Source: Octopus sinensis
Lineage: Eukaryota
DNA: 64,000 bases
Assembly: GCF_006345805.1 (NCBI RefSeq)
Contig: NC_042997.1
Span: 18,104,001 to 18,168,000, forward strand
Reading direction: 5' to 3'
Positions 28,131 through 42,408 of this stretch are shown in pieces. The first letter of the stretch is position 1, and the number at the start of each line of letters is the position of its first letter. The translations under genes and the position numbers were made by a program. The notes beneath the pieces were generated by a model, which worked only from the letters and a program-made list of their open reading frames with translations, ran no database searches and was not told the DNA's origin.

Positions 28131-29733
28131 CTACACAGCCACACCTACACCTACACTGCCATGCCTTGCCTACACAGTCTTATTCTTCCAAAAAGTTGGG
28201 CTAATCATATGACTTGAGAAACATAATTGATTGTGAAAGCTGCAATAAACAAGAGACATGCCAGCATCCACTATTCCATTCAAATAATGGATTAGATGGT
28301 TAGCAGAATGCAGATAAAATGCATTCTAATTGTTCATATATATTTTGTCTTCAAATCCTGGTGGGACTGACTTTCCTTTTCACTTTTCCAGAAATTATAA
28401 GAACTACTCAAGTACTACATTCTCTGAAATGCTTTTTTATTTTATTTTTAGTTGATGTTGGTTATTAATTTTAGCAGAAGAAATTGTGACCCTGCTATAT
28501 CTAAAAACATATATAATCTAATTTACAGCACATTCTATGGTTAAAATGAATTATTTTACATAAAATAAACTAGCTTTCTTTGATATTAGTTACAAAATTG
28601 ATCAAAGAACAATCAAAACTTTGCTTATTCAAGCTAAAACCAGACAATCTTTAGAAAATTTGAGAAATACCTCCTTCACTTAAGTATGTTTTCTCAAATA
28701 ACATTTTGTCTGAATGGGCAAAGAAAGCTAACAACTACAACATACATTAATTGGGTGGTGCACTTGTATTAGATATGATGTGAGCTGACATCTAAGATTT
28801 TTTCTTGAGCTGATGTGTGTGTTTTTTAATGTATGTGTGTATGTATGCGTAGGTGAGTGTCTACAACTGTCTGTATGTATATGTTTGTGTGTTCATGTGT
28901 TCATAATTTAAGAGTGATTTTAGAGGAAGTTCTACTCTCATTTCGTCCAGTCTCTTGTATCCACCGTTCAATAAGTTTTGATATATTTCCCCAGTTCTAC
29001 AGGATGTAAAAATATGTAAAATCGAAAAAGCTCTTCTATACCTTGTACTTAGAGATTTATCTTCCATTGCAACAGTGTTGTTTAAAAACTAAAATGACAT
29101 AACAAATGGAAATCTATATGTAAAGAAAACAAATGAAAAAAACACAAAACAAAAAGGAAGATGGTGGTTATCTTTACCTTTGACCTGGTCAAACTATTGT
29201 ATTTTTTATAGTTTTCTTTAAATATATTCAAAATTTCTTTTCCAATCAATTCAAATGTATTTTTCTTTTAGCCTTTCCTCTTTCTTTCTTTCTTTCTGTC
29301 TTTCTTTCTTTCTTTCTTTCAGTTACCTTATTTTTATCGCCTAATTGTTTTCTCCTGTTATGGAAAAAAAAAATCAATTATTCATCATGTCAAAAGGATA
29401 TTCACTCATATAACTGGTGCATGTAACATATTAAACATGAAGGTTAACTCCAGGAGAGGACAGATGAAAGAATACACGTTTATATAACATTTCTACGCTT
29501 GTACATACATACGCACGCATGCACACACACACACATACACATACATGCACACATATATACATACATATATATATCATCATCATCATCATTTAACATGCAC
29601 ACACAGGCATACACACACATACATACACATACATACATGTATATATGTATATATGTGTATATATATATATATATTATGGAGATGTACTTGCATACCATGC
29701 TGCAATTGTGTATATATATATATATTATATATA

Positions 29734-29784
<51 letters not shown>

Positions 29785-29792
29785 GTATGTGT

Positions 29793-30068
29793 GGAGGTAC
29801 AATGGCCCAGTGGTTGTAGAATCGCGGTTTCGATTCCCAGACCAGGCGTTGTGAGTATTTATTCAGCAAAAACACCTAAAGCTCCATGAGGCTCCGGCAG
29901 GGGTGGTGGCGATCCCTGCTGTACTCTTTCACCACAACTCTCTCTCACTCTTTCTTCTGTTGGCCTGCTCGCTTAGGCAGCAGTGTGGCATCATTTGAAG
30001 GCTAAAACAATGTGACCAGCGATGTGTAGCAACATCTGATAGCCTGGTCGGTCATGGTGATCACGGTG

Positions 30069-30070
<2 letters not shown>
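29793..30070 (+). mobile_element. tRNA-derived SINE, family D
   Basis: Head ggaggtacaatggcccagtggtt...ggtttcgattccc (A/B boxes) and a (GTAT)n tail; partial second copy near 42500-42640. Confidence 0.65.
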
Positions 30071-30101
<31 letters not shown>

Positions 30102-31391
30102 TGTATGTATGTATGTATGTATGTATGTATGTATGTATGTATGTATTTATATATGTATATGTATAAGTATATCATCATCATCATTTAATGTCTGTATGTC
30201 AAGATGGCATGGGTTGAATGATTTGACCAGAGCTGGCAAGCTGGAAAGCTGCACCAGGCATCTTTTCTGTTGCTGGATGCCCTTTCTAACACCAACCACT
30301 TTATAGAGTGTACTGGCTGCTTTTTGCACCACCAATACCGCTGCTTTTTATGTGGCACCAACACCAGTAGGGTTGCCAAGTAACATGTTTGATGAAGACC
30401 TTTCAGCTGGGAGAAAGAGTGGAATCAAGGGAAGTGGCTTTGTGCAAGGAGAGAGGTTAGAGGGATAGAAGGATAGAAATGGGTGTCTTACTATAGAGGA
30501 GATACTTGGCTATAGGAGGGGAAATAGAGATAGAGTTAGAGAGAAAGATAAACAGTGAGATTGGGAGAGAGAGAGGGGGAGGGAAAGAGAGTGAGAGAGA
30601 GTGTGAGAGAGAAAATAGAGGGTGTTGGAGATGTATTGGGACCCACCCACAGGGAACAATGGGGGAAGTATTGGTGGTACTGAGGGAATAGAAGGGGATG
30701 GTCCATAAGAGTGTGAAGGGAGATGTTCAGAGATGGGGAAGAGATGACTGTCGCAAGTGAGGCTGAGGGAAACTGGAGCAGATGGGAGGGGGGTATGGTA
30801 AATATATGAGAGTATGAAGAGTGTACAGATATGTGTATGAGACTAATTGGAGGAGCCTGCAGTGGGTGGTGGGTGTTGGGAAGATGGGTTGTGGGCAGTT
30901 TCGACTGAGGACAGATTATGTGTGTATGTATGAGGGTGGCATGGTTGCAAAAGACATGCCAATATGTATGGATGGCCATAATTCTACTTAGCAAACTGTC
31001 AGTCCCTTGTCATGTCCTTTGTGAGGTTCAACATCTGAAGATCATTTTTCACCACTTCATCCAATGTCTTCCTGGGTCTACCTCTTCGACAGGTTAATTA
31101 AATCTTATCATAACAGCTGTTTCAAATAAACAATGCCTGGTGCTATAACCATGTATATTATGCTATAAGGTCCAATAATATTGCTGATGTATTATCATGG
31201 CTTTTCAGAGACCTGTGATAAAAAATCATATCCTCATTAGAAGACTCTGGCAAATAGTTTAGTAGAGAACAGTGTTTATAAATAGGAAAAGTAAGTTAAG
31301 AAGGATTGAGTTGGAGTGGGGTTAAAGTAAGAAATATCTTATATATGTGTGTATATGTGTATGTGTGTCTGTTTATGCATGTGGCCATATA

Positions 31392-31614
31392 CTCTTTTAC
31401 TCTTTTACTTGTTTCAGTCATTTGACAGTGGCCATGCTGGAGCACTGCCTTCAGTTGAGTAAATCAACCTCAGGACTTATTCTTTGTAAGCCTAGTACTT
31501 ATTCTATCAGTCTCTTTGCTGAACTGTTAAGTTATGGGGATGTAAACACACCAGTTGTCAAGCGATGTTGCGGGGACAAACACAGACACACAAACACATA
31601 CACACATACATACA

Positions 31615-31659
<45 letters not shown>

Positions 31660-31815
31660 CGGGTTTCTTTCAGTTTCCGTTTACCAAATCCGCTCACAAG
31701 GCTTTGGTCGGCCAGAGGCTATAGTAGAAGACACTTGCCCACGGTGCCATGCAGTGGGACTGAACCCGGAACCATGTGATTCGTAAGCAGGCTACTTACC
31801 ACACAGCCACTCGTA
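31392..31815 (-). mobile_element. SINE, family A
   Basis: Complete head, CORE-like segment and tail in reverse orientation. Confidence 0.85.
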
Positions 31816-32290
31816 TGCCTCATATAATGAGTTTATTTACAGTTGCCATATATCACATTTCATTCACAAGGTATTGGTCAAAATATGGATGGGTAAAAAC
31901 ACATTAGATTCCATAGAGTGTGATAGAATGCAAAAACAAAATAAATTCTTAACCACACTGACATGATTCCGTTCATAATTATTCGAAAATACATATTTAC
32001 AAACAGCAGAAAAAACAAAATTAATAAACATTTATTGAAATTTTTCATTATTCATATAGTCTTAATCAGCAAAAATGTCCTTTTGAATGCCCAATAAAGA
32101 AATTATGGCTCCCTTGACATTAATTGTAAACAATGTTGTAGTTATTCTGCCTATGCACACGAACACGCTCATATACATACATGTGTATGCATGTGTGTGT
32201 TTATGTCTATATGTGTGTGTCTATGTGTATTTATTCACACACACATATGCATGTATGTATCTATGTATGAAATGTTTGAAATGAATATAT

Positions 32291-32616
32291 TTAAAGACTC
32301 CGCCGGTTACGACGACGAGGGTCCCAGCTGATACGATCAACGGAACAGCTTGCTCGTGAAATTAACGTGCAAATGGCTGAGCATTCCACAGACGCGTGTA
32401 CCCTTAACGTAGTTCTCGGGGATAATCAGCGTGACACAGAGAGTGACAAGGCTGACTCTTTGAAATACAAGTACAACTCATTTTTGCCAGCTGAGTGGAC
32501 TGGAACAATGTGAAATAAAGTGTCTTGCTCAAGGACACAACGCGTCGCCGGGAATCGAACTCACAACCTTACGATCATGAGCCGAATGCCCTAACCACTA
32601 AGCCACGCGCCCTCAC
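32291..32616 (-). mobile_element. Young full-length tRNA/CORE SINE with a Deu-like 3' domain (family E) and a 12-bp TSD
   Basis: Head gtgagggcgcgtggcttagtgg...gagttcgattcc, CORE-like gtgtccttgagcaagacactt, flanked by AAATGAATATAT at 32279-32290 and 32617-32628. Confidence 0.85.
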
Positions 32617-32756
32617 AAATGAATATATACATTTTTAGAGACTACAAAATTATTTGTATTTTTTCTCTAATAATACATGCATGTGGCAGTGATGGATTAA
32701 ACTAGTCATCAGTGTATCAGATAGATCCTCTTGCAGTATTTTTTCTAGCTTAGGCA

Positions 32757-33125
32757 GGGAGATGGCAGAAACGTTAGCACGTTGGGCGAAATGCATAGCT
32801 GTATTTCGTCTGCCGTTACGTTCTGAGTTCAAATTCCACCAAGGTCAACTTTCATCCTTTCAAGGTCGATAAATTAAGTACCAGTTACGCACTGGGGTCG
32901 ATGTAATCAACCTAATTCCTTTGTCTGTCCTTGTTTGTCCCCTCTATGTTTAGCCCCTTGTGGGCAATAAAGAAATAAGAAACGTTAGCATGCTGGGCAA
33001 AACGCTTAGCGGTATTTCATCTGTCTTTACATTCTGAGTTCAAATTCTACTGAGGTCAACTTTGCCTTTCATTCTTTTGGGGTCGATAAATTGAGTACGT
33101 GCTGCATACTGGGGTCGATTAGATT
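32757..33125 (+). mobile_element. Two tandem family B SINE copies
   Basis: gaaacgttagca...ctgagttcaaatt...gtcgataaatt occurs twice in succession. Confidence 0.75.
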
Positions 33126-33384
33126 ATTTGTTCTAGCTTCTTGCAATTTGCTTTAAAATAGCACAAAGATTAACTTTGCCATCCATTATTAATAATTAAT
33201 ATACCAGTCTTGTACTGGGGTTGATTCTTTTCATTCTCTCTCTCTCTCATTCTGAATAAAATCAGCTGTAGTGATATCTAGATAGGAATGGGCTTAGTCT
33301 GATATAATGGTACACAAGAAATGCTGTATTTCCCCAACAGGAATTGAAGATTCAAGCATAAGTAGGAGCAACACACACACACAC

Positions 33385-33437
<53 letters not shown>

Positions 33438-33964
33438 GCACACACTGCTTAGGGTGATGTCAGTAACTGGTGTCAGCCAATGAGATTGTTTTCTGGTCAA
33501 AACCAGATTCCCAGGGAAAAATAAAAATTGAGCTGACGAAAACCAGTAGTTTCTTAAGGGAATCAACTGACTGAAATGTTGGACAACAGACAAACAAAAG
33601 CAAGTTACCAAGTCCGTTGACAACACCAAATGATTGAAGCAACCCGCAACAAATGAAAATCAACTAGCTAGAGCACTAGATCTCTACTGGTCAAAAACAA
33701 GGGATTAAAACATTTAACAAACAAATGATATCAAGAAGTCAAACAACCAGAAAGCCAGATTTCTACCAAAACAAAAATATTTGACCAAAACAACCATAAA
33801 CCAAGTGACATATTAACGTGGCTAGCCAGTCAAAATAGGAACAAAAATAAGTGACATCATTAAATTTACAACCAATAAGAATTCGATCCTTTGCCATGAA
33901 AACATATCTATATACAAAGCGATCTTAACTTAAAGCAGTTCAATCTTTTACCATCAAAGTCAGT

Positions 33965-34375
33965 GATGGTGCAGGAGTGTCTGTGTGGTAAGTAGCTTGC
34001 TTACCAACCACATAGTTCCGGATCATTCCCACTGCATGGCACCTTGGGCAAGTGTCTTCTACTATAGCCTCGGGCCGACCAAAGCCTTGTGAGTGGATTT
34101 GGTAAACGGAAACTGAAAGAAGCCCGTCATATATATGTATATATATATGTATGTGTGTGTGTTTATGTGTTTGTGTTTGTCTCCCCAACATCGCTTGATA
34201 ACTGATGGTGGTGTCTTTATGTCCCCGTAACTTAGCAGTTTAGCAAAAACAGGCCGATAGAATAAGTACTAGACTGACGAAGAATAAGTCCTGGGGGTCG
34301 ATTTGCTCAACTAAAGGTGGTGCTCCAGGATGGCCACAGTCAAATGACTGAAACAAGTAAAAGAGTAAAAGAGTA
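33965..34375 (+). mobile_element. SINE, family A, full length
   Basis: Head gcaggagtgtctgtgtggtaagtagc, CORE-like ccttgggcaagtgtctt, tail (GTAAAAGA)n. Confidence 0.85.
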
Positions 34376-34859
34376 AAGATGAAAAATCTTCCTTCATGCA
34401 CTTCAACAGAAATTACAAAAGAAATATTTTTTCTTATCTTTTTCTCTTACTCTTTTGTAAAAAAACTCATCATATCTAATTGTTGAGATAAGTCAGTATT
34501 ACTGAATATTCAATCATGTATGAAATTCATCGAATATTTATACTTGTACTACTGTCTGTCTCTGTGAAACTCATTGGAATTTGTATGAACAATTCATCAT
34601 TTAAGCATGTTTTTCGGAATTTCCTTTGTACCTTTAAGCCCTCAGAAAACTGTCATTCTTTATTTTGTTTATTTACCATTGATAAACAAGAGCTTGTTGA
34701 AACTGGTTTGGTATTTTAATAAAGCTGTAATAATATTTGAAAACAACTATGTTTCAAGACTCAGGTGCATTTTCAAACCCCAAAAGAAGTTCTGTATTTT
34801 TTCCTGCATGGAAATACAATCCTTTTCTTGATGTATTATACATGCATACACACATGTAC

Positions 34860-34866
34860 ACACATA

Positions 34867-34898
<32 letters not shown>

Positions 34899-34906
34899 CA
34901 TACATA

Positions 34907-34970
<64 letters not shown>

Positions 34971-34992
34971 ATTATATATATATATATATTAT

Positions 34993-35063
<71 letters not shown>

Positions 35064-35131
35064 ATAATATATATATATATATAATACATACATATATATA
35101 TATATATAATATATATATATAATATATATAA

Positions 35132-35173
<42 letters not shown>

Positions 35174-35175
35174 CA

Positions 35176-35222
<47 letters not shown>

Positions 35223-35280
35223 TATATATATCTATATATATATATATATATATATACCTAAACACACACACACACACACA
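34860..35280. repeat. Long (TA)n-rich microsatellite tract
   Basis: Direct reading; similar tracts at about 29700-29780, 39780-39890, 46790-47100 and 58850-58925. Confidence 0.95.
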
Positions 35281-35519
35281 CATTTGTAATATATGTACAC
35301 ATGTATACTCTCACACTTGCACACTGCCCATGTAGCGATTCTATGAAAATTAGTCCTGCAATGGGGAAATATTACCTTGCTTGAAAACAGGTGTGGCAAG
35401 AAAGACAATTAGCTGTCGAAAATCTGCCTCCATGAACTCTGTCTAACCCACAAGCATGGAAAGTAGATATTGCACCGATGATGAGGATCATGACAACGAG
35501 GATATATATATATATATAT

Positions 35520-35918
35520 GTACTCTTTTACTCTTTTAGTTGTCATTTGACTGCGGCCATGCTGGAGCACCGCCTTTAATCGAGCAACTCGACCCTGGGA
35601 CTTATTCTTTTGTAAGCCCAGTACTTATTCTATCGGTCTCTTTTGCCAAACCGCTAAGTAACGGGGACATAAACACACCAACATCGGTTGTCAAGCAATG
35701 CTAGGGGGACAAACACAGACACAAACACACACACGCATATATATATACATAAATACGACGGGCTTCTTTCAGTTTCCGTCTACCAAATCCACTCACAAGG
35801 CTTTGGTCGGCCCGAGGCTATAGTAGAAGACACTTGCCCAAGGTGCCACGCAGTGGGACTGAACCCGGAACCATGTGGTTGGTAAACAAGCTACTTACCA
35901 CACAGCCACTGCTGCGCC
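35520..35918 (-). mobile_element. Young SINE, family A
   Basis: Intact CpGs; near-identical to 49495-49887. Confidence 0.9.
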
Positions 35919-36336
35919 TATATATATATAATAATAATATAAATATTATATTATATTATTATATGATTGAACGCCATGCATCCTTTTCCAAGTATATATA
36001 TACACACACACACACAGATGTATATATATATATATGTATGAATACATACATTTACTCACATCCTCATACACACACACATGCATGCAGGTATATACATAAT
36101 ATGCATTAATGTTTTCCTATTTGTATAGTTATATAGGCACAGTCAGATATTAAATTGAAGAATTATTCAATATCACTAACCAGAGTCCAAATCAGGCTAC
36201 ATTGCCGAAACTTTCCCTTGTAAATATTACACACACACAAATACACATAATGTATGTATGTATTCTAGTAATTGTTATAGTCTTTGGATTGCACCCATGC
36301 TGGAGCGTGCCCCTCAACATGTGATATATTGATATA

Positions 36337-36400
<64 letters not shown>

Positions 36401-37544
36401 TGTGTGTATGTATTGGTATTAAGCACGACAGAATATTACCTGTAACTTTATAATAAAATAATATTTCATATTTTTCTGATGGAACTTGTAAATTATATAT
36501 GAAAAAGCAATTAGAGTATGTTGTATATAATTATAGATTTATCAAAGGAAAGAAATATATCATATTTGTTGATACATTATGCTCATATACACAATAATAT
36601 ATAAATGTTGGAAAACCTATATAAATGGGAGACAGATACATATATATGTTTTCAAGTCACACGCATAGAAACGCATATGTGCAGACATCTGTTTTGTAGC
36701 TATATGTATTAATACATACATACATACATATGTATGTGTATATATATTCATATATATATGCGCGTGTGTGTGTATGTGTGTTTATGTGTGTATGTATATA
36801 TATCTATATATATACACATACACATGCACATATGAACCACACGTATGGACATCATTTGTATGAAGATGAAGGTATATGTAGGCTTATACATTTATATGTA
36901 GATATGAATGCTTGTACAAATATAGTAAGATGTGTTTGTGTGTGTGTGTATATATATACATACATACACACACACATATATACATATGTATTCATATATA
37001 TACATATATACATATCTACATATATTCATCAACACATTAATACATACAAGCACGCATAACATTTACATTGTTTTTTTGATTAGCTAGGCTCCCTATAGAC
37101 TACATAGTTAACTCTTTTTCATTTTCTTTTTTCATATATAAAACTTGCATGTGTATGTTCTATTATAATTTTTTTTCAGCTTGCATGTCTGTGTTCTATT
37201 ATATGCAATAATCACTAAATCCCAATTCTAATATTTCTAGAAATGGTGTCTGATGACACAATCCTATGAAAAGAGTTTAATTTTACTTCAAAAATCACTT
37301 CATGTAAATAGGTTTTATATATCAACATGTCTACAATATTTTTTCCCCTCAGGAGTTTGAGTTTTTTGTTTGTTTTCTTTCCTTTGAAGATAGTAATCAA
37401 TATTTTAAATCAACATAGTTTGACTTAGTGGAAAGGAATAGAGCAAAACTTTATGCTCACTTATGTATTGCCTTTTGGTTCAAATCCAACTGTTGACTTT
37501 GCAGGTATGTATGTGTGTGTATATAAATATATTTATATATACAT

Positions 37545-37614
<70 letters not shown>

Positions 37615-37863
37615 GCACACATGCATAATGAAATCTTTACCTTCATAAGATAACTATTTCATATTTCATTTTACCATTATCATTAAGCATTCATCATATA
37701 AGATATACAATAATATTATGAAACCTGATATAGCATTGTGTGAAGATCCTGCTTGGAACAAAAATTATTCCACTCTTCTCACCATTTCAAGAATTATTTT
37801 GCTTAATTATATACCTTATATATTTCTATTTGTCTGTCAATTTGTGTGTGTATATTATGTATA

Positions 37864-38420
37864 TATGTGGTCTGATCAAAAAGTATTGGGACTATTGCTA
37901 TAGAAACAAAGCTAAAGTTTGCAGAGTAAAGCCACTCAGCGCAGACTGACTTTGAACTCTGTTGCACATGCAAACTAAATTATATCATTCTTGCTCCATT
38001 GCTTATAGCAGTGCTTGGAAGTAAAATGTGTAGAGTGTAGTTGTCTTAAGAAGAAAATTAGTTTCCAGCTGTGCCAGATCTCCTTCATTGTGTTGAAGAA
38101 GATGAAAACGTTTTAAAACGGCCATAACAGGCGACAAATCATGTGTCTATGCTATGACCCCAAAACCAAGGTAAAAATTAATCCCATTTGAAAAGAACAA
38201 GATTTCAAGATGTCCAATAGACATCCAAGAGAATACAACATGATAGTTGATCTCTATCCTCCAAAAAGGAGTCCCTGGAATGTTTCCATCAATGAAAATG
38301 ACAGTGGATAAAGAGTGTGAGTTAGAAGGGAAGAACTTCAAAGAAGATTAAATGCTGAATTGATATGTGTTATAGTTTTCTTTTAATTGCACCAGTACCA
38401 ATAATTTTTTGAATTTGTAC
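37864..38420 (+). mobile_element. Internally deleted, decayed mariner
   Basis: TIR-like start ta|tgtggtctgatcaaaaagtatt; ataacaggcgacaaatcatgtgtctatgc resembles the ITGDETWVYxY motif; C-terminal RFQD...FHQW remnant. Confidence 0.6.
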
Positions 38421-38944
38421 ACACACACACACTTACACATACCCTATATTAACTTATGTGCAAATTTCACTTTTTATATACCACTTTGATAGCAAAAATC
38501 TTCTGAGGTGTGAGTCATACCCATGATCAAGAAACTTGGACAAAAAGATTGTAAGATTATCTCTATGAACCACTATTATAAATAACAAACCAAACCATGC
38601 ACATGTAGAATTCACATGTGCACAACCATTTTAAATATGTTAGTGCTATTCAATGTGTGAAAAGCAAGCCAGGAAAGTTATTTTCAGTTTTTGTCTCCTG
38701 AGCTTGCTGACTGTAAACTTGTTAGAAAGGAGTTCAGAGGGTAACTTGATATAATGATGTATCTGTGTGGAGACTTGAAGGGGATGGTGTTACAGCAGAA
38801 TTTGAAAGAAGCGGGTGCAAAGAAATAAGGTGACATGGAGAGAAGGAAGGTCAAAAGAGAAATGAAAGAAATAGATAACAATGTGCTTGTTTGTCAACTG
38901 TAAACTTGTTAAAGAAATAGCTTTACTCTATGTTTGGAAAAAAA

Positions 38945-39190
38945 AAAAAAAGAAACGTTTGTCATATAATGCTACTTCCAAACTTAAAGTTGCGGAATTT
39001 GTTGAAATTAATGGTAACAGAACTGCTGAGTTGGAAATTTCTACATTAGAAAATGTAACAGTTTGCTGAAAAGACAAAAGAATATTTACTAGAAACACGA
39101 ATCAGAAAAGGGCTTGTAGTGTGTAATTGGCTCTATATTTAGAAATGGAGAAATAACTGCCATACTGGATCACTGATTAGATGTTACTTA
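38945..39190 (+). mobile_element. pogo-like transposase N-terminal fragment
   Basis: KRLSYNATSKLKVAEFVEINGNRTAE resembles the SYTAxFKLKVVEYAExxGNRAA DNA-binding motif of pogo elements. Confidence 0.55.
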
Positions 39191-39840
39191 TTTTCTTAAT
39201 AAATGTATTCAACATAGCAACATGTTTGATTATTTAACTCCACTAATAACTGTGGACAGATAGGATTGTTTGCAAAACTCTCTAACTACTGTAGTTTTAT
39301 CTCCCATATAGATTTCTATTATTAAAGCTTTGTACCAACTTTCCCATGGGTGAATCTAAAAGATGAGTAACTGCAGCACGAATCTGTGTGTGTATGAGTT
39401 TCATCATCATCATCATCATCTTTCTATTAACATCTACTTTTTCATGCTTGCATGGATCAGACAAGTGTATGTTGAAGCAGAATTTTTCATGGCTACATGC
39501 CTTTCTTGTTGCCAACTGCTTCTCATTTCCAAGTATGGTAATAATCTTCCAGTCTATCAAACAAGATGCAGAGAACTGAAAGCAAAGACCCTATATGAAT
39601 GAGCCCTTTGTCCATAAAGATTAAGCAAGCTATCAAAAAATGGTTTTGTGGTGGACTGCAAATAATTGAGACCATGGGCAAGCCATTGTTTACAGATTTA
39701 AAACTAACAAAGATGAAGAAAATACAGACTCACATACTCTCATATATACAAATACATGTGTGTGTGTGTGTAAACATATATATATATATATATATATATA
39801 TCTATATATATATATATATATATATATAGATATATATATG

Positions 39841-39893
<53 letters not shown>

Positions 39894-40120
39894 GGGTGTG
39901 TGATAAAAATCTTGCTTTCCAACCACATGGTACTGGGTTTAGTCCCACTGCATAACAACTTGGGCAAGTGTCTTCTACTATAGCCCTGGAATGACCAAAG
40001 CCTTGTGAGTGGATTTAGTAGACGGAAACTGAAAGAAGCCCATTATATCATCATCATCATCATCATCATCATTTAGCGTCCGTTTTAAAATATATATATA
40101 TATATATATATGTATATGTT

Positions 40121-40154
<34 letters not shown>

Positions 40155-40183
40155 GTATATATATATGCATGTATATATATGTA

Positions 40184-41386
40184 TGGGTCATCCCATAAAT
40201 AATTTGTTTTTTTCATACTTCTTTCATTTTTCAAGAGTATATATTAATCTAAAATATACTCTCCTTCATTTTCTTCAATACTCTTCCATCTATCTGGTAG
40301 ATTAAAAGGCCCCTCTTCCAAAATTCACTTGTCCCTGACGAAAAATACTCCTCCAGTACTGTTCTGACCTCGTCTACAGAATTCATATGTTTTCTGTCCA
40401 TCATTTCCCATTCAAACTGCTCCAACCTTTGGAATGTCATCCTCATTGTATGTGGCTGAACATTATCCTGATGGAAGAACACCTTTTGTCCTGAAACCAA
40501 AGATGATCGTTTTTCTTCTAGCTCTGACTTAAGCCACTCAAGCTGCTCATAATAGATCTCCTTTGTTATTGTTTGGTTTGGGTTGAAAAGTTCAAAGTGG
40601 ACTAAACCTTTCATATCCCACCAAATAGATAACAGCACATTTTGTGGGTGAAGACCTTCTTTAGCCTGAAGTGTCAGTGTTTCTTCCCTTACCCAGTGTC
40701 TTTGCTGCTTGACATTTTTAGAGAGAACCCATTTTTCATCAACAGTCACTATTTGGTCCCAAAAAAAGTTCATTCATGAGATGTGGCAGCAAAAAAGAGC
40801 ACACATTCATTCTCTACATGCAATTAGACACAAACAGTTTATGAGGAATCTATTGACCCAATTTGCTGACTTTTCTGATGGCATTCAGATGTTGATGAAT
40901 GGTTAAATGACCAAATCCAGGCTTCTTTGTTAGTTCCTCAACTGTTAGGAAGGAGTTTTGTTCCACCAGGGTTTGCAGGATGTCATCATTGAGCTCTACA
41001 GATCTTCCAGGACGAGTTCCATCTTCTAGGCTGTAGTTTCTGGCTCAGAATTTCTAGAACCACTGTTTACCCTGGCTTATGCTTGTTGTCCAATCCCTGT
41101 ATACTACATTATTATTAATTCCTTGCACTTCATGTGGTGTTGTTGCCTTTATTGAACTCATAAAGCAAAATATGCCAAATATGCACCTTTATATGCACCA
41201 TTATAGCTTTGAAAAAAATAACTGTTAAAATCGAACTGCACTCTTCAAAATTTGTACAAAGAATAAGGACAAAGTAAAATTACTACCTGCTTTTATAGCA
41301 AGTCAATTCAGGTAGCTTATCCCATCCTCCCATTGACTTTTAGTTCATGCAATTGAAAAAACCGCATTATTTATAGAATGACCCAA
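40184..41386 (-). mobile_element. Near full-length decayed mariner
   Basis: TIRs ta|tgggtcatcccataaataat and attatttatagaatgacccaa|ta; ORF 40249-40773 with IVTVDEKWVL, LSIWWDMKGLVHFEL and FHQDNVQPH. Confidence 0.85.
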
Positions 41387-41632
41387 TATATACATACATA
41401 CATACATACATACATTCATATATATATATATGATGACATCCTGCAAACCCTGGTGGAACAAAACTCCTTCCTAACAGTTGAGGAACTAACAAAGAAGCCT
41501 GGATTTGGTCATTTAACCATTCATCAACATCTGAATGCCATCAGAAAAGTCAGCAAATTGGGTCAATAGATTCCCCATAAACTGTTTGAGTCTAATTGCA
41601 TGTAGAGAATGAATATATATATATATATATAT

Positions 41633-42366
41633 GCGAATATAAACAAGAAGGGTAGAAATATTAGTTACTACCAGGTGCCCAGCACAAAAGACGAATCAGT
41701 CATAAGACAAAAATATTATTCGTATAGAAAAATATTATTCATGTAGTAATACAATTAAAGGCCCCTAAGATCTGCTAGTAGTCGAGATCGACGCATGTTC
41801 TCACAATCGCTGCAGACCTCGATTCAATTTAGGCGACTCGTTGATAAAGCCAGCCTTAGCAAACATATTGTGTTTTGCTAGAAAGAGGCAGAAAATGATC
41901 GGTCCGAGGTGTAAAGTTATCGGTAAATGTTTTTGATTTTCACTCTCGATAAGTTCATCTTCTTTTGTGTCCCCAGCACTCGGCATCCTATATATATATA
42001 TATATTATATGCGAATATAAACAAGAAGGGTAGAAATATTAGTTACTACCAGGTGCCCAGCACAAAAGACGAATCAGTCATAAGACAAAAATATTATTCG
42101 TATAGAAAAATATTATTCATGTAGTAATACAATTAAAGGCCCCTAAGATCTGCTAGTAGTCGAGATCGACGCATGTTCTCACATCGCTGCAGACCTCGAT
42201 TCAATTTAGGCGACTCGTTGATAAAGCCAGCCTTAGCAAACATATTGTGTGTTTTGCTAGAAAGAGGCAGAAACTGATCGGTCCGAGGTGTAAAGTTATC
42301 GGTAAATGTTTTTGATTTTCACTCTCGATAAGTTCATCTTCTTTTTGTGTCCCCAGCACTCGGCAT

Positions 42367-42368
<2 letters not shown>
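41633..42368. repeat. Tandem pair of a 356/358-bp unclassified element, each copy flanked by (TA)n
   Basis: 41633-41988 and 42011-42368 differ by only about four small indels or substitutions. Confidence 0.9.

Positions 42369-42408
<40 letters not shown>

Noticed and set aside
23293-33010. tRNA-like sequences at SINE heads (e.g. 23293, 29793, 32560-32616, 32760)
   Set aside because: They continue into SINE bodies and lack full cloverleafs, so they are not tRNA genes.
20840-34720. Short minus-strand exon candidates at about 20.85, 22.2, 29.0 and 34.7 kb
   Set aside because: Good splice motifs, but several open frames and no recognisable homology; chaining them would be overfitting.
36190-36215. 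ggctacattgccgaaac resembling hammerhead stem II plus GAAA
   Set aside because: No upstream CUGANGA and no stem I.
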